NCBI GenBank assembly: GCA_034660955.1
Contig: JAYEKK010000226.1
Span: forward strand, 1,966-65,965
Direction: 5' to 3'
From: Candidatus Cloacimonadota bacterium
Lineage (GTDB): Bacteria > Cloacimonadota > Cloacimonadia > Cloacimonadales > TCS61
Length of the DNA: 64,000 bases
Shown here: piece after piece, positions 26,207-35,500 of the stretch
Position numbering within the stretch: the stretch's first letter is position 1
Layout of the letters: every line of letters starts with the position of its first letter
Made by a program: the position numbers and the translations under genes
The notes under the pieces: model-generated
Database searches by the model: none
What the model saw: the letters and a program-made list of their open reading frames with translations, nothing else
Told to the model about the DNA's origin: nothing

Positions 26207-27202
26207 TCAAGTTAGATATGACCTGATCTTAAGCTGAGACTTTTTATAGAACTCATTTATTCTATCAAGAATTATTTTATCATTTTTATTTATGAGATAT
26301 TTATACACGATCCAGCGTTCTGCCAATTGATCTTTATTAAAAGCTAATACTTCGCTATCTCTGAATTCTACTGTAATAAGTGGAAATTCCTCTTTTTTCC
26401 CATTCTCAACTATTCCGTTCAATCTTCCATCTTTAATTATTAAATCTCTTCCATTTTCATCGAATTCTAAGTTTAAATTTTTAGTTACATTAATAAACCT
26501 TATGTATTCAAAATATTTTTCTACCAATTGAATTTTATTCTTTAGTTTTTCTGCTTTTTCAAATTGGAGATTACTGAAATATTTATCACATTCTTTCTGT
26601 TTGGAAAATAAGAGATCTTTGGTTGAAATTATGTACGGAAGAATGGCTTTTGTAAATGTTTCATGTTTTTCTTTAATACACCAGCCGGGGCATTTATCAT
26701 TTTTGTACCTTGAGCAGGGATATGGTTTTTCATCCGGACAAAGTGGGAATCGGAATAGTTCTGCCATTGCATCCAGCAGATCAAATAGAAAGAATCTATC
26801 TTTGAATGGTCCAATGTAGAACTTGTTCTCTTGTGTATCTTCTACAACTTTAAAGTATGGAGGTCTTTCAAGATCAATTCCCAGATATACATATTTTTCA
26901 TAGGGTTTAATCATCGAATTGAATTCCGGATGAGAAGTACTTTCCAGTTTCTTTTGATGAACAAGTGCTGCAAAAAGTGATGTGTGTTCTTCAAAAGCAA
27001 TTTCTACTGTTTGAGACACTAGTTGAAAAATATTTTTATCATCCTTTGCGACTTTGAACAATTGCCTGATACTTTTATCAAGATTAGAAGTTTTGTTAAC
27101 ATACAAAATATCGTTATTACCTGAAAAAGTAAAAATTCCCGTTCCTGATGCGATCTTTTGTTCATTAATTTCTGTTTTATTAAACTTAATCATGAGGTTC
27201 AA
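26207..27202 (-). CDS. UvrC N-terminal-half homolog (Cho-like; GIY-YIG-like plus UVR-like region)
   Basis: GIFTFSGNNDILYVNKTSNLDKSIRQLF (GIY-YIG pattern), YIGPF, a Cys-rich PLCPDEKPYPCSRYKNDKCPGWC, and the UVR-like FEKAEKLKNKIQLVEKY. At 331 aa it lacks the UvrC C-terminal half. Confidence 0.6.
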   Translation of the reverse strand: MNLMIKFNKTEINEQKIASGTGIFTFSGNNDILYVNKTSNLDKSIRQLFKVAKDDKNIFQLVSQTVEIAFEEHTSLFAALVHQKKLESTSHPEFNSMIKPYEKYVYLGIDLERPPYFKVVEDTQENKFYIGPFKDRFFLFDLLDAMAELFRFPLCPDEKPYPCSRYKNDKCPGWCIKEKHETFTKAILPYIISTKDLLFSKQKECDKYFSNLQFEKAEKLKNKIQLVEKYFEYIRFINVTKNLNLEFDENGRDLIIKDGRLNGIVENGKKEEFPLITVEFRDSEVLAFNKDQLAERWIVYKYLINKNDKIILDRINEFYKKSQLKIRSYLT

Positions 27203-27252
27203 TGTTGGAAATTAGAATTGAATGTCAATAAGAAAAGAAGAGGAAAAGTGTT

Positions 27253-27308
27253 TGAGTAATTGAGTGCCTAAGTAACTGAGTGCCTGAGTAACTGAGTGCC
27301 TGAGTTGA
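27253..27308. repeat. tandem repeat, 8-nt period (16-nt super-unit), about 7 units
   Basis: TGAGTAAT TGAGTGCC TAAGTAAC TGAGTGCC TGAGTAAC TGAGTGCC TGAGTTGA. Confidence 0.85.
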
Positions 27309-27735
27309 GAAGTTAAGAGGTTTATGGTTTAATTGTTGAGTGATTGAAAGTAATCTTCTTCATTCATTCACGAGGAGTAAAGCTGAAAGTTATTCCAAAA
27401 GATTCTTCGTGGGTAAGGCAAAAAGAAACCTCCAACCTTCATGCTATTTCGGCTTGGCAGGCAGAAAGACAGCATTTTTATATTCTCAAATCTTCAATTC
27501 TATATCGAAAATCTTCAATCGGAAATTAATTCTTCCACCAGCTTCTTATGTTCCCTCACCTGAGATGAAAGAGCAGGAGAGGGACAGCCGGGTGAGGTTA
27601 GTTTCAGAGTTCCCAAGAAAAACTTAGGAACGAATATTAACGAGTGTTTCAATCTTTTCTTTTCGCGTTCTTTCGCGTGTTTAGCGGGCATTCTTTTGAG
27701 TCATTATTCTTGACGTTTTCCAGCTCATTTTCAAA

Positions 27736-30700
27736 TTGCGATTTATGAGTACATTTTATACTAAAATTAGATCTCTGATTGATAGATCGGAGTTCATAAA
27801 AAAATTCGATGCGGAAATTGCTGAGAATAAAACAAAAGGATTATTCCACAATCTTAACCGTTCTGCAAAATCAATATTGCTGGCACGTGTATTTAAGCAG
27901 ACAGGGAAGAATATAATTTTTGTTACTGCGGATGATAAAGTTGCAGAAGATTATCTGGAAGATCTCGATCTTCTAATTGGAAGAGATAAGGCACATTTTC
28001 TGCCGGATTATGAGGTTTTGCCTTATGAACAGCGTTCACCGCATTATATGCTGCGAGGTCAGAGAATTGAAACTCTTACGGCTGCCGTATCTTCTGAACC
28101 GGGAATTTTTAGTGTTTCTATTCGCTCACTTCTGCGTAAAATAACTTCTGCAGCAATTTTTAAAGAGAATATAATCCGATTCTCTGTTAACGAGGAGTAT
28201 GATCCTGATGTACTTATTTCTAACCTGGTTGGAATGGGATACGAGACTCAGTTTCAGGTTTCAAAAGTTGGAGAGATCGCCCGTCGCGGTGGCATTATTG
28301 ATGTTTTCAGTCCAAATTCACAACGCCCGGTTAGGATCGAGTTTTTCGGTGATATAATAGAATCGATCAGAGTATTTTCTGTAAATTCTCAACGTTCTAC
28401 CGGTGAAGAATTAACTAAAATCACCTTAATTCCCTCCCGTGAATTTTCGCTGCACGATATTGATACAGATGATAAGATGTGGCAGAAGATCCATGACAAT
28501 GGATTTTATGATGGGATTGAACTCGATGTTTCTATGCTTATCCCAAAAATTGAGACTTTCGTGGAATATTTTCTACCTGATAATTGTATTATTTTCTGGG
28601 ATGAATTTCAATATATTCCATCTTACATAAAAGAAATTTTTGAAGAAACAACCGATCTTTATCGGAAAATTCGAACTAAATATAAAAATCGTATAATCCC
28701 ACAACCAGAATCACTTTTTGCTGATAAACGCTTTGTGAATAAACTATTGAAGAAATATCCAAATTATTTTCTATCTTCTTCATATCAGGAATTTAAAGAG
28801 ATCACTGCTAAATTTAAAGCTCCAATTGCTTCCCAAACAAATCTGCAGGGAAACCTGGAAATATTTGAGAATGAACTTAAAACTAAGTTGAATAATGGTT
28901 ACAGAATAATAATTCAATCTGATAATAGCAGTCAAAGCAAACGGATGCGTGATCTATTGCCGCAATATGATGATCAGATAGATTTTACGATAGGTGTTTT
29001 ACAATCCGGCTTTGATCTTACCGATGCAAAAATTGCAGTTTATACTGATCATGAAATATTCAGCAGATACAAACGAAAACGACATCAGAACAGATTTTCT
29101 AAAGAAGAAGCTCTGGTAGATTACGATGCACTTAAACCCGGGGATTACATTGTTCATATTGATCATGGAATTGGTATTTATGCCGGATTAAAGCGATTAA
29201 GTATTGAGGGAAATACAATTGAAACACTCACTTTACGCTATGCCGGAAACGATGTAGTTTATGTTCCAACCTTTCAACTTTCGTTAGTTTCTAAATTTGT
29301 TTCGGAAGAAGGAATAGCTCCCACAATTCACAAACTCGGCAGTAAAAAATGGGAAAATATGAAATCTCGGGCACAGAAACAAATCGAGCTTATTGCTGAG
29401 GATCTGATAAAACTATATGCCGAACGAAAAGTGAAAAAAGGTATTGCCTTTGAACCCGATTCTGCCTGGCAAACTGAGATGGAGGAATCATTCATCTACG
29501 AAGATACACCGGATCAGAAAAGAGCGACCGAAGAGATCAAGACAGATATGGAAGATGATACCCCCATGGAACGCCTGTTATGCGGAGATGTGGGATTTGG
29601 AAAAACAGAAGTTGCCATTCGTGCTGCATTTAAAGCTGTGAACAGCGGATATCAAGTTGCTATATTGGTTCCTACAACGCTACTGGCAGAACAGCATTAT
29701 CTTGTTTTCAGAGAAAGGCTGGCTCAATACCCGGTGAGTATTGCCATGTTCAGTCGATTCCGTTCTAAAGCCAATATTAACAAAGATCTGGCAAAATTGG
29801 CAACCGGTGAAATTGATATTGCCATAGGAACTCACCGACTACTTTCTAAAGATTTAAAGTATAAAAAACTTGGGTTGCTAATAATTGATGAAGAGCATCG
29901 CTTCGGAGTACGGCATAAAGATAAACTGCGCCAGATCAAAACAAATGTTGATACACTTTACATGAGTGCAACACCAATTCCACGTACAATGTATATGGCA
30001 CTTTCTAAACTAAAAGAGCTTTCACTTATTCATACTCCACCCAAGGCAAGATTACCAATAAGAACCATTATAGTCCCTTACGATGAGAGTATTATCAAAG
30101 ATGCGATTAACAGAGAAGTTGACCGTGGTGGGCAGGTTTTCTTTGTTCATAACAGAGTTCAAACAATCGAAAGCATCGCTGCCGAATTGCAGGAACTTCT
30201 CCCCCATGTAAGTTTTGAAATTGGTCATGGGCAATTGCCTGAGAAACAGTTGGAAAGAATAACACTTGATTTTGCACATCATAAATTTGATGTACTTATC
30301 GCAACAACAATTATTGAATCCGGAATTGACATACCAAATGCAAACACAATGATCATAAATCGTACCGATATGTTCGGACTTGCCCAATTATATCAAATGC
30401 GAGGTAGAGTTGGTAGAAGTAATCGTCGTGCTTATGCGTATCTAATAATTCCACCAAAATTGAATGAAGTTGCACGAAAAAGATTGGAATCGCTCATTGA
30501 ATATGAATCATTAGGAAGCGGTTACCAGATCGCTATGCGGGATATGGAGCTTCGTGGAGCCGGATCACTTTTGGGAACCAAACAAAGCGGTATAATCAAT
30601 TCAATCGGATTTAATTATTATAACCGTCTTCTAGAAAGCGCAATAAAAGAATTGCAAGATGAAGAATTTGTTGGAGAACTTGAAAAAGAAAAGCTGCTTC

Positions 30701-31149
30701 ATCTTAAACTGAATATCGATCACTATTTCCCTGAAACTTATATTTCAAATGAAAAAGAGAGATTGGAAATTTATCGTAAGCTTCTACATTTTAACTTACT
30801 AAGTGAATTTGATGATGTCGAAAAAGAATTAATTGATAGATTCGGTGAGATACCTGAAAAATCTGTAAATACAATTCTTTATTATAAATTGCGCATGCTG
30901 GCTCTACAAGCCAATCTTCGTTCCCTCGATATTAAGAAGGATAAATTCATAATTGAATTTGATTCCAAACGTCTTCCATCTCGTTCTTTGATCATAAAAA
31001 TTATTGGTAAATTCAATTATTCGGTTAATTTTGATACGACAAAAAATCTAAGGATAATTTTTAATATCTCAGAGGAAACGAAAACTACAAAAAATAGTCA
31101 TCTGAAAATAGCTCTAAAGATATTGCAATTCATCACTGAAATTTCTTAA
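27736..31149 (+). CDS. mfd: transcription-repair coupling factor Mfd (TTG at 27736, or ATG at 27745)
   Basis: UvrB-homology N-terminus, CarD-like GDYIVHIDHGIG, helicase motifs GDVGFGKTEVA / DEEHRFG / SATPIPRT, TRG motif, 1137 aa. Confidence 0.95.
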   Translation: MRFMSTFYTKIRSLIDRSEFIKKFDAEIAENKTKGLFHNLNRSAKSILLARVFKQTGKNIIFVTADDKVAEDYLEDLDLLIGRDKAHFLPDYEVLPYEQRSPHYMLRGQRIETLTAAVSSEPGIFSVSIRSLLRKITSAAIFKENIIRFSVNEEYDPDVLISNLVGMGYETQFQVSKVGEIARRGGIIDVFSPNSQRPVRIEFFGDIIESIRVFSVNSQRSTGEELTKITLIPSREFSLHDIDTDDKMWQKIHDNGFYDGIELDVSMLIPKIETFVEYFLPDNCIIFWDEFQYIPSYIKEIFEETTDLYRKIRTKYKNRIIPQPESLFADKRFVNKLLKKYPNYFLSSSYQEFKEITAKFKAPIASQTNLQGNLEIFENELKTKLNNGYRIIIQSDNSSQSKRMRDLLPQYDDQIDFTIGVLQSGFDLTDAKIAVYTDHEIFSRYKRKRHQNRFSKEEALVDYDALKPGDYIVHIDHGIGIYAGLKRLSIEGNTIETLTLRYAGNDVVYVPTFQLSLVSKFVSEEGIAPTIHKLGSKKWENMKSRAQKQIELIAEDLIKLYAERKVKKGIAFEPDSAWQTEMEESFIYEDTPDQKRATEEIKTDMEDDTPMERLLCGDVGFGKTEVAIRAAFKAVNSGYQVAILVPTTLLAEQHYLVFRERLAQYPVSIAMFSRFRSKANINKDLAKLATGEIDIAIGTHRLLSKDLKYKKLGLLIIDEEHRFGVRHKDKLRQIKTNVDTLYMSATPIPRTMYMALSKLKELSLIHTPPKARLPIRTIIVPYDESIIKDAINREVDRGGQVFFVHNRVQTIESIAAELQELLPHVSFEIGHGQLPEKQLERITLDFAHHKFDVLIATTIIESGIDIPNANTMIINRTDMFGLAQLYQMRGRVGRSNRRAYAYLIIPPKLNEVARKRLESLIEYESLGSGYQIAMRDMELRGAGSLLGTKQSGIINSIGFNYYNRLLESAIKELQDEEFVGELEKEKLLHLKLNIDHYFPETYISNEKERLEIYRKLLHFNLLSEFDDVEKELIDRFGEIPEKSVNTILYYKLRMLALQANLRSLDIKKDKFIIEFDSKRLPSRSLIIKIIGKFNYSVNFDTTKNLRIIFNISEETKTTKNSHLKIALKILQFITEIS

Positions 31150-31262
31150 AACAGTATATTTACGGCTGTATGAAAACATTTGACAAAAAAGCTTAACTTT
31201 AGAATTTTCCCTTATCTTAATAAAGAATGTTGTTAGTTAGTATTAGAAGTTCTGGAGGTTTA

Positions 31263-32615
31263 ATGAAAAATATATACAAAGTTGTATTGGTAATGGTCAT
31301 ACTTCTTTTTTCAATTTGTCTTTTCGCTCAGGAAAATAACGATACAAAATACAGCAGTGAGATCATGTATAATGTCTCTGTTGTTGGAGCTGTAAAAAAT
31401 CCGGGAGTATATATGTTCCCGCCAATCAGTCGTGTTTCGGAAGCTATTAAACTTGCCAATACACTTATTGATACACTCAACGTTCCCGTTTATGCTGCAA
31501 GTAATGCCTCAAAAAGAAACATTACTTTAAAAAGAAATGATGAAATCATAAAACTCGATCTTTTGAGATTCCTTGTTTTGGGTGAAGAAAATTCCAATCC
31601 ATATTTAGAAGATGGAGATATTATTATTGTTCCTGCAATTAAGAAGCAAGTACATATTTTTGGAGCTGTCAGTAATAGAAATAATGAGGAACTCCAAAAT
31701 TCTATCGAGTTAGGAGAGGGAGATAGAATATCAGATATTATTGAACTTGCAATGGGCATAATGCCAAGTGCAGATAAGCAAAATGCTGAACTTGTAAGAT
31801 TTATTGGGAATTCATCTGAAACTGAATCTATCGAAATAAACCTTAGCACTATTATGAACGATCTGGAATGCGAAGATAATTTAGTCTTACAAAATAATGA
31901 CAGGATATATATTCGTGACATTCCTCAATACCATAATAAAAGTTTTATAACATTAATTGGTGAAATTGCTTATGCTGGAACTTATGCAATCGAAAATAAC
32001 AAGACGACTCTTCTACAAATTATAACAAAAGCTGGTGGACCGACTGAGGATGCTGATCTTTCTAATGCCTATTTGCAAAGAATTAGCGAAGAAGATCTTC
32101 GCGAACCGGAATATGATCAATTAAGAAGAACAAAGGCTGATGATATGTCTCATCTAGAATATCGCTATTTCAGGAATAATATCACTGAAGAAAACGGTGT
32201 ATTTGCAAAAAACTTCGATATTTTATGGAATAATAAGGAAATTGAATACGATATCAAGCTAAAAGATGAAGACATAATATATTTTCCAGCAAAAGCTGTT
32301 GCCATTAAAATTAGTGGGGAAGTTGCAAATCCCGGCTTGATCAATCATGATCCTGAACTGACTTATCTTGAATATATCGAGCTTGCTGGTGGTCTTACCG
32401 ATAAATCGTGGAAAAGAAAAATAAAAATAATCCGGGCAAAAACAGGAGAATGGATAAACCCTAATAAGAATACAAAACTTTTCCCGGGAGATACTATTTT
32501 TATCCCACGCACAGAAAGATTTTCATATTACTGGCCTTACATACAGGAAACAATTTCATTTATAACTGGTCTTGCTACTAGTATCATTGTAATTAGAAGC
32601 TTAATAGATAATTAG
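31263..32615 (+). CDS. polysaccharide export protein (SLBB domains)
   Basis: GGAGG RBS 5 nt upstream of the ATG at 31263, then a signal peptide. Repeated SLBB-type units (GAVKNPGVY..., DGDIIIVP, NDRIYI, DEDIIYFP, PGDTIFIP). Confidence 0.75.
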   Translation: MKNIYKVVLVMVILLFSICLFAQENNDTKYSSEIMYNVSVVGAVKNPGVYMFPPISRVSEAIKLANTLIDTLNVPVYAASNASKRNITLKRNDEIIKLDLLRFLVLGEENSNPYLEDGDIIIVPAIKKQVHIFGAVSNRNNEELQNSIELGEGDRISDIIELAMGIMPSADKQNAELVRFIGNSSETESIEINLSTIMNDLECEDNLVLQNNDRIYIRDIPQYHNKSFITLIGEIAYAGTYAIENNKTTLLQIITKAGGPTEDADLSNAYLQRISEEDLREPEYDQLRRTKADDMSHLEYRYFRNNITEENGVFAKNFDILWNNKEIEYDIKLKDEDIIYFPAKAVAIKISGEVANPGLINHDPELTYLEYIELAGGLTDKSWKRKIKIIRAKTGEWINPNKNTKLFPGDTIFIPRTERFSYYWPYIQETISFITGLATSIIVIRSLIDN

Positions 32616-32623
32616 GAGAATAA

Positions 32624-33583
32624 ATGAACATATTAATAACAGGTGGCGCAGGTTTTATCGGATCACATTTGGCAGAAAAACTTTTAAAAGAAGGGCACTC
32701 AGTTTCTGTGATCGATAATCTATCTACAGGAAAATATTCTAATATTATCCATTTAACAAAGAAACAAAATTTTAATTATGTTATCGATTCTATCTTAAAT
32801 CGTGATGTATTGGAAGAAATGATAAAAAAATGTGACCAGATATATCATCTTGCAGCGGCGGTTGGAGTAAAATATATCATAGATAATCCTCTCCTTTCGC
32901 TTCAAACAAATATTGGTGGTGCCGAAAACGTTCTGGAATTTGCCAATAAATATAAGAAAAAGGTGTTGATGGCATCCACTTCCGAAATCTACGGAAAGAA
33001 CGATAAAATTCCGTTCAAAGAAGAGGATGACAGGTTATTGGGTTCTACACACATCTCCAGATGGAGTTATAGTGCGGCAAAAGCAATAGATGAATTTTTT
33101 GCATTAGCCTATTATAGAGAAAAGAAACTTCCGGTTGTTATTGTGCGTTGTTTCAATACAGTTGGTCCACGTCAGACAGGGCAGTATGGAATGGTTATTC
33201 CCAAATTCGTTAGAAATGCTCTGCTTAATCATCCAATAACGATCTTTGGTGATGGTAAACAAACCAGATGCTTCTGTGATGTGGATGATGTAACCGATGG
33301 TATGATTAAATTAATGAACAATAAAAAAGCAGTTGGTGAAATCTTTAATATTGGAAATGATAAAAGTATTAGTATTGAAGAACTTGCACATAAGATAAAA
33401 AAACTTACTAACAGCAAATCAAAAATTGAATATATAAATTATGAAGATGCGTATGAAGAAGGTTTTGAGGATATGCGTCATCGAAAACCGGATCTATCAA
33501 AAGTAATTGAATTGATCGATTATAAACCTAAATACAATCTTGAACAAATTCTTAAAAGAACAATAGATTATTTTGAGGAATAA
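32624..33583 (+). CDS. NAD-dependent sugar epimerase/dehydratase (UDP-glucuronate decarboxylase-like)
   Basis: ILITGGAGFIGSHL Rossmann motif and YSAAK (YxxxK). Confidence 0.88.
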   Translation: MNILITGGAGFIGSHLAEKLLKEGHSVSVIDNLSTGKYSNIIHLTKKQNFNYVIDSILNRDVLEEMIKKCDQIYHLAAAVGVKYIIDNPLLSLQTNIGGAENVLEFANKYKKKVLMASTSEIYGKNDKIPFKEEDDRLLGSTHISRWSYSAAKAIDEFFALAYYREKKLPVVIVRCFNTVGPRQTGQYGMVIPKFVRNALLNHPITIFGDGKQTRCFCDVDDVTDGMIKLMNNKKAVGEIFNIGNDKSISIEELAHKIKKLTNSKSKIEYINYEDAYEEGFEDMRHRKPDLSKVIELIDYKPKYNLEQILKRTIDYFEE

Positions 33584-33586
33584 AAT

Positions 33587-34696
33587 ATGAACGTTCCATT
33601 ACTCGATCTGAAATTACAATATGATCTGGTTTTAACTGATATAAAAACTGCTATCGAAAAAGTATTTGAATCACATAGATATATTCTTGGTCCACAAGTT
33701 AAAGAATTTGAAAAAGATATGCAGAAATATTGTGAAGTTAATCATGCTGTCGGTTGTGCTTCCGGTACTGATGCTCTCGTTCTCGCATTAAAAGCTCTTG
33801 AAATACAAGAAGATGATGAAGTTATTACAACAACTTTTACATTTTTTGCAACTGCCGGCTCAATTTCACGAGTTGGTGCTAAACCTGTCTTTGTAGATAT
33901 CAAACCGGATACTTTTAATATCGACCCACAAAAAATTGAAAATGCAATAACAACTAAAACAAAAGCAATAATTGTTGTTCATCTATTTGGTCAACCTGCC
34001 GAAATGGATAAGATCATGGAAATTGCCCGAAAATATAATCTAAAAGTTATTGAAGATAACGCTCAAGGGATTGGTGCTAAATTTGATGGAAAAGTTGCCG
34101 GAACAATAGGAGATATTGGTACACTTTCATTTTTTCCAAGTAAAAATCTGGGAGCGATGGGTGATGCTGGAATGTGTCTGACAAACAGCGATGAACTTGC
34201 AGCGAGATTGATGCAGCTTCGTGTTCACGGTGAAAATCCACAATACTTCCATAAGTGGGTAGGATTGAACAGCCGACTCGATACCATTCAAGCAGCAATT
34301 TTAAAAGTAAAACTTCCACACCTTGAAAATTGGAGTGATGCTCGTCGTAAAAACGCTCAATATTATTATAATAATCTAAATGATGTTTCGCAAATAAAAT
34401 TACCTTTTATTCATGAAAAAGCAACTTCGATCTATAATCAATTCACGTTGATCGCAGAAAATCGTGATGGTTTGCTTGAACATTTGAGAAAAAACGAAAT
34501 TGGTTGTGCAGTTTATTATCCAAAACCGCTTCATGTTCAAGAGTGTTTTTCTAAACTTGGTTATAAAAAAGGTGATATGCCAATTGCAGAAACTATTTCA
34601 CAAAAAGTTATTTCAATTCCTATATTTTCAGAAATCACACCCGAACAACAGGATTATGTGATAGAAACTATCAAGAAATTCTACGCACAAGGATAG
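33587..34696 (+). CDS. DegT/DnrJ/EryC1/StrS family sugar aminotransferase
   Basis: GPQVKEFE, SGTDALVLAL, and the PLP-lysine region SFFPSKNLGAMGDAG. Confidence 0.9.
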   Translation: MNVPLLDLKLQYDLVLTDIKTAIEKVFESHRYILGPQVKEFEKDMQKYCEVNHAVGCASGTDALVLALKALEIQEDDEVITTTFTFFATAGSISRVGAKPVFVDIKPDTFNIDPQKIENAITTKTKAIIVVHLFGQPAEMDKIMEIARKYNLKVIEDNAQGIGAKFDGKVAGTIGDIGTLSFFPSKNLGAMGDAGMCLTNSDELAARLMQLRVHGENPQYFHKWVGLNSRLDTIQAAILKVKLPHLENWSDARRKNAQYYYNNLNDVSQIKLPFIHEKATSIYNQFTLIAENRDGLLEHLRKNEIGCAVYYPKPLHVQECFSKLGYKKGDMPIAETISQKVISIPIFSEITPEQQDYVIETIKKFYAQG

Positions 34697-34708
34697 CAGG
34701 AGCAAAAA

Positions 34709-35491
34709 ATGAATATTATTGTTTGCATCAAGCAAGTTCCCGATACAACTGAGATCAAAATAGATCCTGAAACAAATACCCTGATCCGGGAAGGCGTAGA
34801 AAGTATTATAAATCCATTCGATCTTTATGCAATTGAAGAAGCTATAAGATTGAAAGAACAATATGGCGGCACGGTTACAGCAATAAGTATGGGGCCTCCA
34901 CAAGTAGAATCGGCTCTCCGCGAATCTGTGGCAATTGGTGTTGATGAGATATTGCTTCTTACAGACAGAAAATTTGCCGGAGCCGACACATGGGCTACAA
35001 GCCTTACACTTGCAGAAGCTATCAAGAAAATTGATGAATATGATATTATTCTTTTTGGACAGCAGGCAATTGATGGTGATACTGCTCAAGTTGGACCTGG
35101 TGTTGCTACACATCTCGGAATTCCACAAACCGGTTTTGTGAAAAAGATCGAAGAGATAAAAGATAATAGAATACTTTTACAAAGATTAATGGAAGATGGC
35201 TACGATAGATTGGATATGCCGCTTCCGGCTGCTATAACTGTTGTGAAAGAAATTAATGAACCACGCCTTCCTTCTCTTCGTGGTAAGAGAAATGCCAAAA
35301 AAACTGAATTGAAAACCTGGACGGCTGAAGACCTGGGATTAAATGAAGAAAAAATCGGATTGAACGGTTCTCCAACGCAGGTTATCAAAATATTCTCACC
35401 TGATCTGCAAAAAGATGGAGAAAAGCATGAGCTTCCTGCAGAAGAACTCGTGGAAATACTTTATAATAAACTGAAAGAACTTGGGAAATAG
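34709..35491 (+). CDS. etfB: electron transfer flavoprotein beta subunit (EtfB/FixA-like)
   Basis: MNIIVCIKQVPDT...INPFDLYAIEEA...GPP...GQQAIDGDTAQVGP; 260 aa. Confidence 0.85.
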   Translation: MNIIVCIKQVPDTTEIKIDPETNTLIREGVESIINPFDLYAIEEAIRLKEQYGGTVTAISMGPPQVESALRESVAIGVDEILLLTDRKFAGADTWATSLTLAEAIKKIDEYDIILFGQQAIDGDTAQVGPGVATHLGIPQTGFVKKIEEIKDNRILLQRLMEDGYDRLDMPLPAAITVVKEINEPRLPSLRGKRNAKKTELKTWTAEDLGLNEEKIGLNGSPTQVIKIFSPDLQKDGEKHELPAEELVEILYNKLKELGK

Positions 35492-35500
35492 ATATAGTAA

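Noticed and set aside
27253-27308. Tandem repeats that might have been a CRISPR array
   Set aside because: The period is only 8/16 nt with no unique spacers, and no cas genes are in the window. This is a simple tandem repeat.
27340-27627. 95-aa and 61-aa ORFs in the Cho-like/mfd spacer
   Set aside because: They read straight through repeat motifs (hairpins, duplicated AAATCTTCAAT). They have no RBS and use alternative-start artefacts, so they are phantom ORFs.
31180-31205. TTGACA ... TAGAAT as promoter of the polysaccharide cluster
   Set aside because: The spacer between the hexamers is only 14 nt by my count, too short for a standard sigma70 promoter. I left it out of the feature list.
34628-35128. 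166-aa antisense ORF over etfB, and similar antisense ORFs at 30052-30387, 31490-31921, 61299-61634, 62996-63442 and 63552-63962
   Set aside because: These are shadow ORFs opposite well-supported conserved genes. They have Ser/Cys/Phe-rich low-complexity translations and no RBS.
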